A stretch of 36,074 nucleotides of DNA from assembly GCF_001194135.2 (NCBI RefSeq), contig NC_069001.1:21155553-21191626 (forward strand), read 5' to 3'. The position numbers were made by a program, and so were the translations under genes. The notes beneath the pieces are model-generated. The model had not been told where the DNA came from. It made no database searches and was given only the letters and a program-made list of their open reading frames with translations. The stretch comes from Octopus bimaculoides. Its lineage: Eukaryota. Below are positions 12,389 through 24,451 of the stretch, piece after piece. The number at the start of each line of letters is the position of its first letter. Position 1 is the stretch's first letter.

Positions 12389-12393
<5 letters not shown>

Positions 12394-12484
12394 TGAAAGA
12401 TACATATATTATACACATCGTTGCATTAATATGATTCAACAATAGCTGCATACATTCACGTCTTCAGTTGATATTGTCCAAAGC

Positions 12485-13139
12485 ACTGCTAGATCATATT
12501 TAGTTTCTCTTTGTTTTATACTCACACCGTTATGCTATAAACAAACATTCTAAGATAATAATGTCGTAAAAGCATTTAAATATGAGCGTCTTTGGAGGCT
12601 TATAAGTAGAGGAGCATGAATAAGATAGACATTAATGAGAGTATAAAATATGTTTAGATAGATACATGTATGTCTATTCATATGTATCTATAAGAGAGCG
12701 CGCAATTAAATCTTAATTTAATAGCCTCTCTTAATGACTTGTAACAAAGCCCGTCGACAATAATGCTACGCAGCCAAAATTAAGTCGGTAAGTGGACAGA
12801 TTTTGGTCTCCTGTCCTGCTAAGAAAAGTGACCATATGCCACTGAATTCCTTTGAAGTGAAAGAGTAACAGACACAAGAAACAAATAGTTGTTCACTTTT
12901 ATAATTTTACGGTATTATTATCTTAGATTGTTCATTTTCCTAAAAGTGAAATCTGTGATTAAGAATGGAGTGAATAAAAAATTTCTTTAATTTTTTATTT
13001 TTCTTTCCATTAGTTTATCTTTGATATTTTTTCACATTTGCATCTCTGTATTTCCGTGTTGTTGTTTGTCGATCGAGTGCTAAATATAGCATAATGGTGG
13101 GGGTATAAAGCAAAGAGAAACTAAAGAAGATCTAGCAGT
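12485..13139. repeat. 55-bp inverted repeat pair with 545-bp spacer
   Basis: 12485-12539 actgctagatcatatttagtttctctttg..ttatgctata is the imperfect reverse complement of 13085-13139. Confidence 0.8.
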
Positions 13140-13205
13140 TTTAATACTTTATGACATTATTTTTAATGTAAAGTCAATGGTACGTAGCGTTCCAATAATT
13201 AATAA

Positions 13206-13398
13206 GGCAAAAAACATAATAAATGCATAAACAGACGAAAAAGAGACACAGACAGTTACCAACTACTCAGCAGTTATCGGCCGGAGGATCAAACTATGCA
13301 AAATTACGTTTGACCCTCCGGCCAATAACTGAATAGGAGTTGGTAACCTTCTGTGCCTGATTTCCATTTGTTTATGCATTTGTTACATTGTTTTTGCC
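13206..13398. repeat. Long imperfect hairpin (foldback)
   Basis: Arms 13206-13294 and 13308-13398, 13-nt loop; e.g. gttaccaact..cagttat.ggccggagg.tcaaac mirrored. Confidence 0.9.
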
Positions 13399-13399
13399 A

Positions 13400-13449
<50 letters not shown>

Positions 13450-13483
13450 ACACTATAGCCTGCTAATTTAATGGTTACCAATT

Positions 13484-15630
13484 ATGGAGCTGTTCGACAT
13501 AAACGCGTCCCTTAAAGATATTCCTATTCCACCAAGGAATACTTACATCAAACTACTCATTATCAAGACAAACTCTTTTATCAACAGAATCAGGTGGAAA
13601 ACCTATTTCCATGATATTAAGGACGTGTCACCTAACAAGAAGGATGTAAATTTGGACTTTAAGAGTCTTTTCAAATCGAGAAACGCTCCGCCGTCTAAAC
13701 CTAGATTGGATAAAGTTGAAGAGGACATTTGGTCTATAGTGAAGAATATCAAATTTCATCGCTCTCCTCTTAGGAACAGTCATCTAAGATACCTCCACAA
13801 CATTACCAAAAAAATCAATCGAACCAAAGGAATATTAGTACAGTCGGACAAAACAGGAAATTTATGCAAACTGTCTAAAGAAAAATACATGGAATTACTG
13901 AAAAAAGAAATAGAAAAAAATTATAAGACTACCAATAATAATATTCTTCGGAAAGCTAACCTGGAAACTAAAGAAATTATGATCAAATTTAACCTGTAAG
14001 ATAGAACTGAACCTTTGGACCCTAAACAACCTCGCTTTGTTCTTAAGGACCACAAAAAAAAAAAACAACTTTTTGGACCAACCCTTCTCTACGCCTTATT
14101 TGTCCCTCTAGATCAGACATAAGCGTTCTTAGCAAAAACATTCTGGACAAATACATACCTACAATAGTAGATAAGTGAAAACTAAGACTATGATCAAATT
14201 CTTCTCAAGTAATAGAATGGTTTAATTCAATTAAAGACAAGAGTAATACCAAATTTATACAGTTCGACATCTCTAGTTTCTACTCATCAATTAACCCCAT
14301 TATCCTTAACAAGGCACTTTGGTTCGCCCATAATAAGGCAGGTCTTTCTAGGTACGAAATTAGTGTAATATTAGCGGCTCGAAAATCAATTATAAAATTT
14401 AACAATAAGCTATGGATTCGTAAGGATACTCCGGAGACTTTTGACGTTCTTATGGGAAGTTCGGATTCAGCTCAAATAGCTGATGTAGTTTGTTCGTATA
14501 TATTATATGAAATGGCAGACCAGTTCCCAAACATTAATGGAGGTCTATACAGAGATGATTGTCTGCTATGCCTCCATAATGTCACTACCCAGCACATCCA
14601 AAAAGTTAAAAATAGATTAGCTAGATTCTTCCGGAGAATGGGTTTTAGCATCGTTTTTGAGGATGAGGTCTCCGTAGCCAACTTTCTAGACGTAACTTTA
14701 AACTTACATAACAACACACACTTTCCTTTCTATAAACCATCAACTAATCTTAGGTACATAAGCCCTTTTAGTAACTGTCCATGGTCTATCACCAGTAATT
14801 TAGTTAAGAGTATTTCAATCAGACTTTCTAAACTTTCCTCTAACTCCCACATTTTCAATAAAGAGGCTGACTTTTATAATTCAGCCTTATTGAAGGCATG
14901 TTACAAAGACAAGGTAAGATACATCAATTCATTTAGTGATCTTTCGTCTTTTGTACAGCAGGATATCTCGTCTACTAGCAGGGATAAATCCAATTCTATT
15001 TCTTTCCCTTCTTCTCACTTAACTGAGAAAGTGGCACCTACTTATATTCATTCACATAAAAGAAGAGGCTTAACCGGCTCTAAATACCTTAATAAAAACA
15101 AAAAAAACTTAATTTATTTAGCTATACTAACACTGTACCTAGATCTGATGAAAATATCTGGTTCATTGTCCCGTTTGGGAAACAAGTTAAATCCAATTTG
15201 GTATTGCAGTTCCGCGACACGGTGAATAAGAACTTTCCTAGGGGTTCTCACTATTACCCAATCATCAACACACATAAGGTTAGATTTGGGTTTTCTAATA
15301 CTAAAAATATGTTACAAATAATATCTTCCCATAATTTTAAACTTTTAGATTCATCTCTAGTCAGCCATCCCAATTATGATGATAATAATAGTAATGATAA
15401 TAATAATAATAATGATAATTAATCCAGTAATTTTACACACTCATATGGTAGCAATAGTTATTTAGATAAAAATATAGGTAATAAGTACAACATTAGTAAA
15501 TATAACAATTACTATCACAACAATAAGATTAGTATCTCGGAATCTAATTGTAATAGAATTAAGTTTTTAAGTGAGAATGCCAGGACCAAAAATGTGGTTT
15601 ATCAATGTAAGGTAATGACTAACACAGAGG
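13484..15630 (+). mobile_element. Naiad-type Penelope-like retroelement, RT largely intact, cut at start of GIY-YIG
   Basis: SLKDIPIP..RIRWKTYF, LKDHK, RLICP, FIQFDISSFYSSI, FDVLMGSSDSAQ, GLYRDDCL, NFLDVTLNL, NIWFIVPF, NKNFP, KNVVYQCKV; three stops (13997, 14176, 14191) and at least two frameshifts; (TA)n 13402-13444 just upstream. Confidence 0.9.
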
Positions 15631-15631
15631 T

Positions 15632-15990
15632 CTCGCACGCCAACCTTTTCGCTAGCACCTTGGTCAAAATCTTTAACTCTGTGTTCAAGAGAGTTATGGA
15701 CCTGAACTTTCCTATTTCGTCCCCCTTGCTCGGGTCCTTCCTGATCAACGTCACCTCTCGTCGGCTCGCAGACTTGGGAATTCTCCCATTCTGTTGCCAG
15801 TTGGCGTAGGCACTGGCCAGCAGGGGCCCGAACATGTCTGGCATACTTTTATAAAATTCATAGGGTAGACCATCGAGACCCGGCGACTTCTCCCTGGGGC
15901 ATTCGCCTAGTACCTCGATCACCTCCTCGGCTGTGATTGGCCCTTCATAGCACTCAGCCTCTCGTGCCGACAGACATGGGCCGCCAGACT
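15632..15990 (-). mobile_element. Tx1/L1 ORF2 RT N-terminal fragment
   Basis: EGPITAEEVIEVLGECPREKSPGLDGLPYEFY..FRSITLLNTELKILTKVLAKRL, canonical L1-clade RT start. Confidence 0.92.
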
Positions 15991-18564
15991 ACATGTTATG
16001 CAACCTATAATGTATGACTGGTTGTAATCATTGATCCTGAAGAGAACCTCTGCACTATCATTGAAGATATATTAATCGAAAGTTCATTGGCCAAAAGATA
16101 AATTAGTGGAAAGGCATATTTACAGAGAAAACTGATTTGTAAAAAAACACATGTTCATAGGATAACAAAGTGGCGAAAAGAAAAGCCAATCGATAACACA
16201 GTCCTAAATTCACCGAAATTGTAATATTTTAGAAAAGAAACAAAAAATATTGCAGATGTTTGTTTATCTTAAAATCATCTTTCATAATACTTTGTGTTGT
16301 CATAATACTGTAGGTCAGAAATAAAAGTAAACAAGAAATACATACGAGTGGAAATATACAATTGTATGTATAAACATGTAAAAATAAACATGTAAAAACA
16401 TGAAAATATACAATTGTAATATAAACATGTAAAAAAGTGCTGAGAGTAATTTTCCGTCAGAAAAATATTCACCTCCGTAAGGAATCAATTATAGAAACAA
16501 AATGTCGTGTCTGAGGTCATTTGTGAAAAGCGCTAGAAATGACTGACTGTCGATGGCTTACAAATTGATGTATGATGCAGAGGCACTAAAAAGTGAAGGT
16601 TGCCGTTTTTTTAGTTCAGAATTTGATAACTCGACCAGCGCGTTTTCGATGAATATTTCTGATCAGAGTGACGTCTTGTTCAATGACTGTTCCACCAACT
16701 GAGAGCATGTACATTAATCTGTAGTTGTTAGAGGTGTTGTCATTACAAAACAAGCAGGTTGGTAGACATCCAGCAACTGGATCAGAATTAGGTTCATGAT
16801 AATTCTCAAGTACACATCGCATAGGTAAGTCATTGTTAGGGGTTTGAAAATTGTTAACTTTTTCAATTAGAGAATCAACTAATTCTACTGCCACTGCTGC
16901 TGCTATCGTCGCATTCAATGAAATTACTGCTACAATTGCCACAACTGTCACTAGCATGTGCAGCAGTACCAACATCTTTCCCGTTCATCACCACCATCAA
17001 AACCACAATTACCACCACAATTATTAATGCTTTAATTAGAAGGAAGGTTATTTTTAAAGTCAGAGCTGAAAGTGTTGTTATCACTACCATTAGGAGGGAA
17101 TTTCGAATCTTTGTTGTTGCGGTTATTGTCGGAGATGATTTTATTAACTTTCAGGCCCTTAGATATTTTGGATTTAATTTAACCAATATGCGCCATTTGT
17201 GCGGTTCTACATTCCCTGGTTACATTAATTTTTTGTTCTCTGTGTCTGTGATGTGATTTTAAATGTGTGTAACACCAGTCTTAACAATTTCATCAATGTT
17301 AACTGGTTATTTCTGATTTCTCTCCGAATGTTGTCGTCGTTGTTATTTCATTAACAATGTGTATGCCTACTAATGCATGTGTAGCGTATCTCGTATGCAT
17401 GTGGTTGTGGATATGTGTATGTTGATATTACAAAAATCAATACTCAGATTTTTGAAATGTTTTGGAGGAAAGCTAAAGAAAGCAGATCTTAACTCACATT
17501 TCTTTAAAGTTTTAGAATGGAATTTATTTGTGACGCCTTTAAAACATGTCGACTTTCTCAATACGTTGTTTCAAAATAACGAAGACAGGCGAGATATAAC
17601 GAACATATTTCTTTCAAAAAACAAAAAAAAAAGAAGTTTTTTCATGGATATCGAAGACTTAAGCAAAATACCGCGTTATATATATATACATGCATACAAA
17701 CATCCGCGTGTGTTTCTGTGTATTTATAATTTATTGAAAGGTGTTACGTAACTCAGTATTGTACACTGCAGGTATTGAAAGTTATTCTGTATGCTGTCAT
17801 ATATCATCCAGTGTGTATCCACGCGGGAGGATACAGTATTATACGATACTTACATAGATAACAGCTTTGCATAATTTTTACTCTTGTACTTGTGGAAGCC
17901 AACAAACATACAGACACGCATAAAAGCATAGAGAGACGAGGGGTATGTGTGCATGTAATTGTATCTAGAGTTGCTGAGGGCGGCAAGCGATATGCTTGCC
18001 TGTGCATGAATATGGATGGTAAAGAATACCTGGGATTGCATGTGTATACATAGAAATGATTTTATTTCATATATGTTTACGTTTGTGTGTCTGTGTGCGT
18101 ATGTGCGTGCAAATGTGAAGTATGCGGGTGAAAATCTATACGTATACGTGTGTGCATTTGCGTGGACATGCATGTGTACATGTGTGTATATCTATATACG
18201 TGGCCCAGCACGCTTTGACTAACTCTGATTTACAGATCAATTTGCAAGGCAATAGCTGGATAACATGTCTGCCAAGCTGCATTTCGTTAGGCATAAATAC
18301 CATAAAAACGTCAAGACAGAGAAGTCTACAAACCTACACTCGTACTTTAATATATGCCAGTGACTACAAACTCGTTTCCTCCATATTTCTCAGTTATATA
18401 TATATAGGCGTGGCATGTATGTCAGTGTGTGTGGTGAAGCCATGCCTAAATATTTTCTTCTCTTATCACTATCCTATTATCTTTCTCTTTGATACCTTTT
18501 ATTCTGCTATACCACCTTGCTTTTAGTATGCACGATTATTAATATTGAGGCTCTTAAAATTTTT

Positions 18565-18744
18565 GGGGCGGGGGTCAGTCGATTAGATCGACTCCAGTAC
18601 GCAACTGGTACTCAATTCATCGACTCCGAAAGGATGAAAGGCAAAGTCGACCTCGGCGGAATTTGAACTCAGAACGTAGCGGCAGACGAAATACCGCTAA
18701 GCATTTCGCCCGGCGTGCTAACGATTCTGCCAGCTCGCTGCCTT
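18565..18744 (-). mobile_element. tRNA-derived SINE (family C)
   Basis: Minus: ggcagcgagctggcagaatcgttagc..gagttcaaattcc..gtcgactttgcctttcatcctttcgg; the core resembles the MetaSINE-type central domain as I recall it (unverified). Confidence 0.85.
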
Positions 18745-18768
18745 ATTGAGGTTGTTAATATTGATGAA

Positions 18769-18915
18769 GCGTTCTGAATTCAAATACTGCCGGGGTTCGA
18801 CTTTGTCATTCATCATTTCAAGGTAAATGAAATTAGTAGCAATTGAGCACTGGGGTCGATATAATTGACTTATCCTTCCCCTGAAGTTACTGGCCTGGTA
18901 TTAAAAATTGAAACC
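18769..18915 (+). mobile_element. SINE family C, 5'-truncated diverged copy, divergent orientation
   Basis: gttctgaattcaaatactgccggggttcgactttgtcattcatc..ctggggtcgat matches the neighbouring copy on the opposite strand. Confidence 0.75.
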
Positions 18916-19596
18916 TAAAGGAAGTGTGCTANNNNNNNNNNNNNNNNNNNNNNNNNNNNNNNNNNNNNNNNNNNNNNNNNNNNNNNNNNNNNNNNNNNNN
19001 NNNNNNNNNNNNNNNNNNNNNNNNNNNNNNNNNNNNNNNNNNNNNNNNNNNNNNNNNNNNNNNNNNNNNNNNNNNNNNNNNNNNNNNNNNNNNNNNNNNN
19101 NNNNNNNNNNNNNNNNNNNNNNNNNNNNNNNNNNNNNNNNNNNNNNNNNNNNNNNNNNNNNNNNNNNNNNNNNNNNNNNNNNNNNNNNNNNNNNNNNNNN
19201 NNNNNNNNNNNNNNNNNNNNNNNNNNNNNNNNNNNNNNNNNNNNNNNNNNNNNNNNNNNNNNNNNNNNNNNNNNNNNNNNNNNNNNNNNNNNNNNNNNNN
19301 NNNNNNNNNNNNNNNNNNNNNNNNNNNNNNNNNNNNNNNNNNNNNNNNNNNNNNNNNNNNNNNNNNNNNNNNNNNNNNNNNNNNNNNNNNNNNNNNNNNN
19401 NNNNNNNNNNNNNNNNNNNNNNNNNNNNNNNNNNNNNNNNNNNNNNNNNNNNNNNNNNNNNNNNNNNNNNNNNNNNNNNNNNNNNNNNNNNNNNNNNNNN
19501 NNNNNNNNNNNNNNNNNNNNNNNNNNNNNNNNNNNNNNNNNNNNNNNNNNNNNNNNNNNNNNNNNNNNNNNNNNNNNNNNNNNNNNNNNNNNNNNN

Positions 19597-19630
<34 letters not shown>

Positions 19631-19772
19631 GTACGACGGGCTTCTTTCAGTTTCCGTCTACCAAATACACTAACAAGGCTTCGATCGGCCCGAAGCTATA
19701 GTAGAAGACACTTGCGTAAGGTGCCATGTAGTGGGACTGAACCCAGAACCATGTCGTTGGTAAGCAATGCTC
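19631..19772 (-). mobile_element. SINE family B 5' half
   Basis: cgacgggcttctttcagtttccgtctaccaa..gtgggactgaacccagaaccatg matches 27914-28050. Confidence 0.9.
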
Positions 19773-20192
19773 GCACTTGTACATATAAATGCGTGCGCGG
19801 CACCCTCCACCACAGACACACACAATCACATATGTATGTGCAAATGTGTGTGTGTCTGTGTGTGCATGCATGCTAAGTGGGGTCTTTACTTTCAAACATT
19901 TCATAATTGAAGAAGCGAATTCTCAACGTTTCTATTTATTAAGCGTTTTTCATAGTTGTTAGTGTAGTTTCGTTGATGTATAGATTGGATCAATAACATT
20001 CCTAAATCTATTCAATTCATCCATATTTTGAGATAATCTCATTGATACTGCTAAAATAAAGAATAAAGTAATGGTTACGATAAGCCATACTGCTCTTGTG
20101 CTTCGCAATAATCACAAAATTTCATTGGAATGCTAGTATAATTAATAAAATCATCAACAGCGGACTAAAAAATTATGCATGCGCGCACGCAC

Positions 20193-20225
<33 letters not shown>

Positions 20226-20397
20226 TTATGTCGATGAGCTTAAAATTCAAGCTGTGACCTCATGAAGCACATCTTCATATTCTAGTTCTCCAGGTATATC
20301 CATAGATGTTATGAGCCATATGAGAGTTGAGAACACTGGAGATTACTGTTCAATATGGAAAGTATTTATTGCAGAGTAATTACGTATTAAAATAGAA

Positions 20398-20641
20398 AAC
20401 TGGAAAATTTCGATATTATTTATTCCACATTATATATGCTTCTTTACCAATTGTAGCTGCATCAGTATACATGTGGAAAAACATAATAAATCTCCCCTCT
20501 TAATCTCCCATTAATAATTCTTCAGACAGAGATGAATCACTAATGGGAAATTTATTATGTTTTCCTCATGTCTACCGATGTAACACCTATGGTAAAGAAA
20601 CATATGTAATATGGAATAAATAATACCAAATTTTTCCAGTT
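20398..20641. repeat. Long imperfect AT-rich hairpin
   Basis: 20398-20496 mirrors 20545-20641; inner stem cccattaataattc/gaatcactaatggg closes a 13-nt loop. Confidence 0.85.
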
Positions 20642-20664
20642 CTCTCCCTCTCTTTCTCTCTCAC

Positions 20665-20716
<52 letters not shown>

Positions 20717-21442
20717 NNNNNNNNNNNNNNNNNNNNNNNNNNNNNNNNNNNNNNNNNNNNNNNNNNNNNNNNNNNNNNNNNNNNNNNNNNNNNNNNNNNN
20801 NNNNNNNNNNNNNNNNNNNNNNNNNNNNNNNNNNNNNNNNNNNNNNNNNNNNNNNNNNNNNNNNNNNNNNNNNNNNNNNNNNNNNNNNNNNNNNNNNNNN
20901 NNNNNNNNNNNNNNNNNNNNNNNNNNNNNNNNNNNNNNNNNNNNNNNNNNNNNNNNNNNNNNNNNNNNNNNNNNNNNNNNNNNNNNNNNNNNNNNNNNNN
21001 NNNNNNNNNNNNNNNNNNNNNNNNNNNNNNNNNNNNNNNNNNNNNNNNNNNNNNNNNNNNNNNNNNNNNNNNNNNNNNNNNNNNNNNNNNNNNNNNNNNN
21101 NNNNNNNNNNNNNNNNNNNNNNNNNNNNNNNNNNNNNNNNNNNNNNNNNNNNNNNNNNNNNNNNNNNNNNNNNNNNNNNNNNNNNNNNNNNNNNNNNNNN
21201 NNNNNNNNNNNNNNNNNNNNNNNNNNNNNNNNNNNNNNNNNNNNNNNNNNNNNNNNNNNNNNNNNNNNNNNNNNNNNNNNNNNNNNNNNNNNNNNNNNNN
21301 NNNNNNNNNNNNNNNNNNNNNNNNNNNNNNNNNNNNNNNNNNNNNNNNNNNNNNNNNNNNNNNNNNNNNNNNNNNNNNNNNNNNNNNNNNNNNNNNNNNN
21401 NNNNNNNNNNNNNNNNNNNNNNNNNNNNNNNNNNNNNNNNNN

Positions 21443-21491
<49 letters not shown>

Positions 21492-22335
21492 TATGTACAT
21501 ATATATATATATGTATGTATATATGTCTGTATGTTAAAGTATGTTTGTACGTACCTATGTATGTATGTATGTATGTATGCATGTATGTATGCATGTATGT
21601 ATGTGTGTGCCTGCGTATGAATCTAATTTCAGCAGTTGAATTTTCACATTTTATCTATCATCTTGTTTTTGCATTTCTATTAATACTTTCTTGCTTTCTA
21701 GAACAAGCATCATGTGAATGTTTATATAAAAAAAACCCGGTTATATCTAAATAAATATTTACATAGGAATTGTATCTATGTGAATATTTAAATGAATATT
21801 CACTAAAATATTCAGATAAATATTCACCTAGGTATAGTTGCTATGTAAATATTTATCCAGATGTAATCGATTTTTTAAAAATAAGCATTCACCTGCTGGT
21901 TGTTGTACAACATTAAATTAATTGTGGAAATGCAAAAACAAAAATAAAATAATCGAAGAGAAATAAAAATTGATATATTGATGACTGTGCCCATCACTAG
22001 AAAATACTACGTGCATTTCTGTTAGTATTAAAAATATAGTAAATCATAAGTGTAGTTGAATGAATCATAATTATTTGCAAATAATTAGTTTCTTTGATTA
22101 TAGAAAAACACAATATAAAGGAGAATACATAAAGGAAATTAGAAGCAAGTAGAAGCGTAATGAGTACAACATTTTAGATATTATGTTTGGGAAGTTGTAT
22201 AAATTATAAATGACTATGTTACGTTTGTTTCTGATAAACTTCAAAGAGAGGAACATCTATTGTAGATTATTGGTTGTTGTATATTAATCCAAAAATGTTT
22301 TTTTCAACTACGAGTATGTCAGCAATTTGGAGTAG

Positions 22336-22373
<38 letters not shown>

Positions 22374-23129
22374 TGAGTATAACTGAAGGGAACATTACTA
22401 TTTTCCAAATAATTTGGTGCCTATTATAAGAGCGTAAATCTGAATGAAAATTTAGGAAGAGAATTATTATTTAGTGGGTACAACGTGTACATATGATATT
22501 TAGCCTTCATATTGGTACATTTGATTTCCGTTTTTGAACAAATGTTTGTATAAAGCGTTCTATAACTGAAACATGTAGCAGCAAATATTGTGATACTAAA
22601 CATATTCTACTGAATATATTATATTGCTTATCTAATTTAATACATATAGGGTAAAATTAATTCTGATACACATAAATGAGGACATGAGATATAAAAGATG
22701 TAATGAATATAAAAGTTGGTGAATGACGGAGGGGAGCTAAAGGAGGATAAGTTAGTAAACTAATATAGTCTTTGGATGTAGAGTGTAAGATGTAAGAACC
22801 AAATTATTATAGTTTATGGTTTATTAAGAATTATCTTTGAAAAGTCTCTTGGTTTGTATTCTTCCAATGGCTATGTCATTGCGACAGGAGATAAAAGCAG
22901 TTATGGTTCTGCAAGAGTATCACAAAATATGTGTTTATCTGCTGCGTTATGTTTCAAAGCAAGGCGTAATAGAAGTATTTATTGCTAAAGCTCAATTTTA
23001 TGCGAATGGATTTTGGTTCAACATAATCATATGTAGGCGAAATGGAGGTGTTTGTGCATAGGCGTCATAGGTAGATCTTGTATTCTCAAATCCAGAAAAG
23101 AGATAAAATACATATTTTATTTTATCAGA

Positions 23130-23178
<49 letters not shown>

Positions 23179-24314
23179 CACACACATACAAACACACATA
23201 CACATACATACACACATACATGTGCACACATCATCTGAATAAGCACACATCAACAACTACACAACACACACACACACACACACACGGTAGACTCACACGT
23301 CCTCATTCACACATACACATTCACAATACCATTCTCACACACGCTTGTGCACATTTGTTAGTTGGGGCCACCCTTCTTACCTTTACCGTTATTATTATTA
23401 TTATTATTATTTCTCTTTATCACAAGTTTTGTTGGAGCTTCTGGAGTCTTACATGCATATCATACTTTCTTTTCATTCAACCTCTTTTTTCTAGTCATCT
23501 AGTCATGTTGGACCGTTGAACCCTGCACTTTTTTTCTCTCCGTCTTTATTCCATTCTCTCCATATTCTTCCTCTAAATCCTTTCTGTCGAAGACTTTTTC
23601 ATTTGCCCTGAACATTAAACTAATATGCCTGCTTATTGTTCCTACAGCTGTCTTCGTCTTTTGTTTTCTGTAAGTTTGAACTATATATATAGTTTAATTT
23701 TACTTTCAATTGTATTTACGTTTTAGCAGTATTAGGTAAAAGTACAACCTTTGTTTTAAACTGAATTATTTCTATTTTACTGAGCGAACCAAGCATCCTT
23801 GCAGAGTATTTTACTAACCATACATTGTATCTCACCTGGGGTATGATATAAGTAAATATCGAACACAAATGCTGTATGTATTCACCTAAAACTGTACAAA
23901 ACGACAAAGTAAGAGAAATAACGCATACAAAATTGTAAAATATAAAATACTGTATAATATAAAATTCTCTATTGTTAAAAGATCAATAATTGAAAAGGCT
24001 GTCTATATTATGGCATTCGTATCTAGATTTTCAAGATATTAACAGTCGAATCTTAAGGGAAGAAACGTACAATTTAATGAATATGATTGATAGGTTGGAA
24101 GGAAGAAATAAAAAAAAAAAACATTTAAAATATAAAATATAATGAGACTGTTGTAATTCATAAGATTATATCACCTATCCAGCTCTGTGGTCCATGCAGA
24201 AAAAGAAAGAAAAGTAATTTTGCAGCTAGTGATATGAGTTGCTATAAATGCAGTAGATCATATTGGTAGCAAATTCGTAAATTGCACTCCCGCTTTGAAG
24301 TAAAAAGTCATAGT

Positions 24315-24390
24315 AGCACGATGGCCGTGTGGTTAAGGCGTTGGTTCCAATGAACAAGTGACTGCGTGGGTTCGTACCCCGCTCGTACCA
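24315..24390 (+). pseudogene. tRNA-Leu(UAA)-like pseudogene lacking the anticodon loop
   Basis: agcacgatggccgtgtggttaaggcgttgg|ttccaatgaacaagtgactgcgtgggttcgtaccccgctcgtacca follows eukaryotic tRNA-Leu(UAA) as recalled (long variable arm), with about 7 nt missing at 24344/24345. Confidence 0.75.
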
Positions 24391-24400
24391 AAAACTGCTT

Positions 24401-24451
24401 TAGGCGTAGGCGTGTCTGTGTAGTAAGAAGCTTGCTTCCTAATCACGTGGT
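24401..24451 (+). mobile_element. SINE family B head only
   Basis: ggcgtaggcgtgtctgtgtagtaagaagcttgcttcctaatcacgtggt, ending where the foldback begins. Confidence 0.75.

Noticed and set aside
14176-14193. Two in-frame TGA codons in the Naiad RT as possible selenocysteine recoding (reported for some Naiads)
   Set aside because: One falls at a conserved Trp position (TGG->TGA) and the other is explicable as CGA->TGA. The copy also has a TAA and frameshifts, and no SECIS is visible because the 3' end is missing.
16037-16090. CTGAAGA..GAAA motif pair
   Set aside because: No convincing stem I, II or III.
18908-21594. Long ORFs in the supplied track (also 7692-8290, 24936-25550, 26562-27279, 2996-3352, 31185-31731)
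   Set aside because: They are open only because of N gaps or microsatellites (poly-X, YIYI, ERER, poly-M); not genes.
22830-23060. Short open frames (e.g. LYSSNGYVIATGDKSSYGSARVSQ)
   Set aside because: No recognisable motif or convincing splice sites; length expected by chance.
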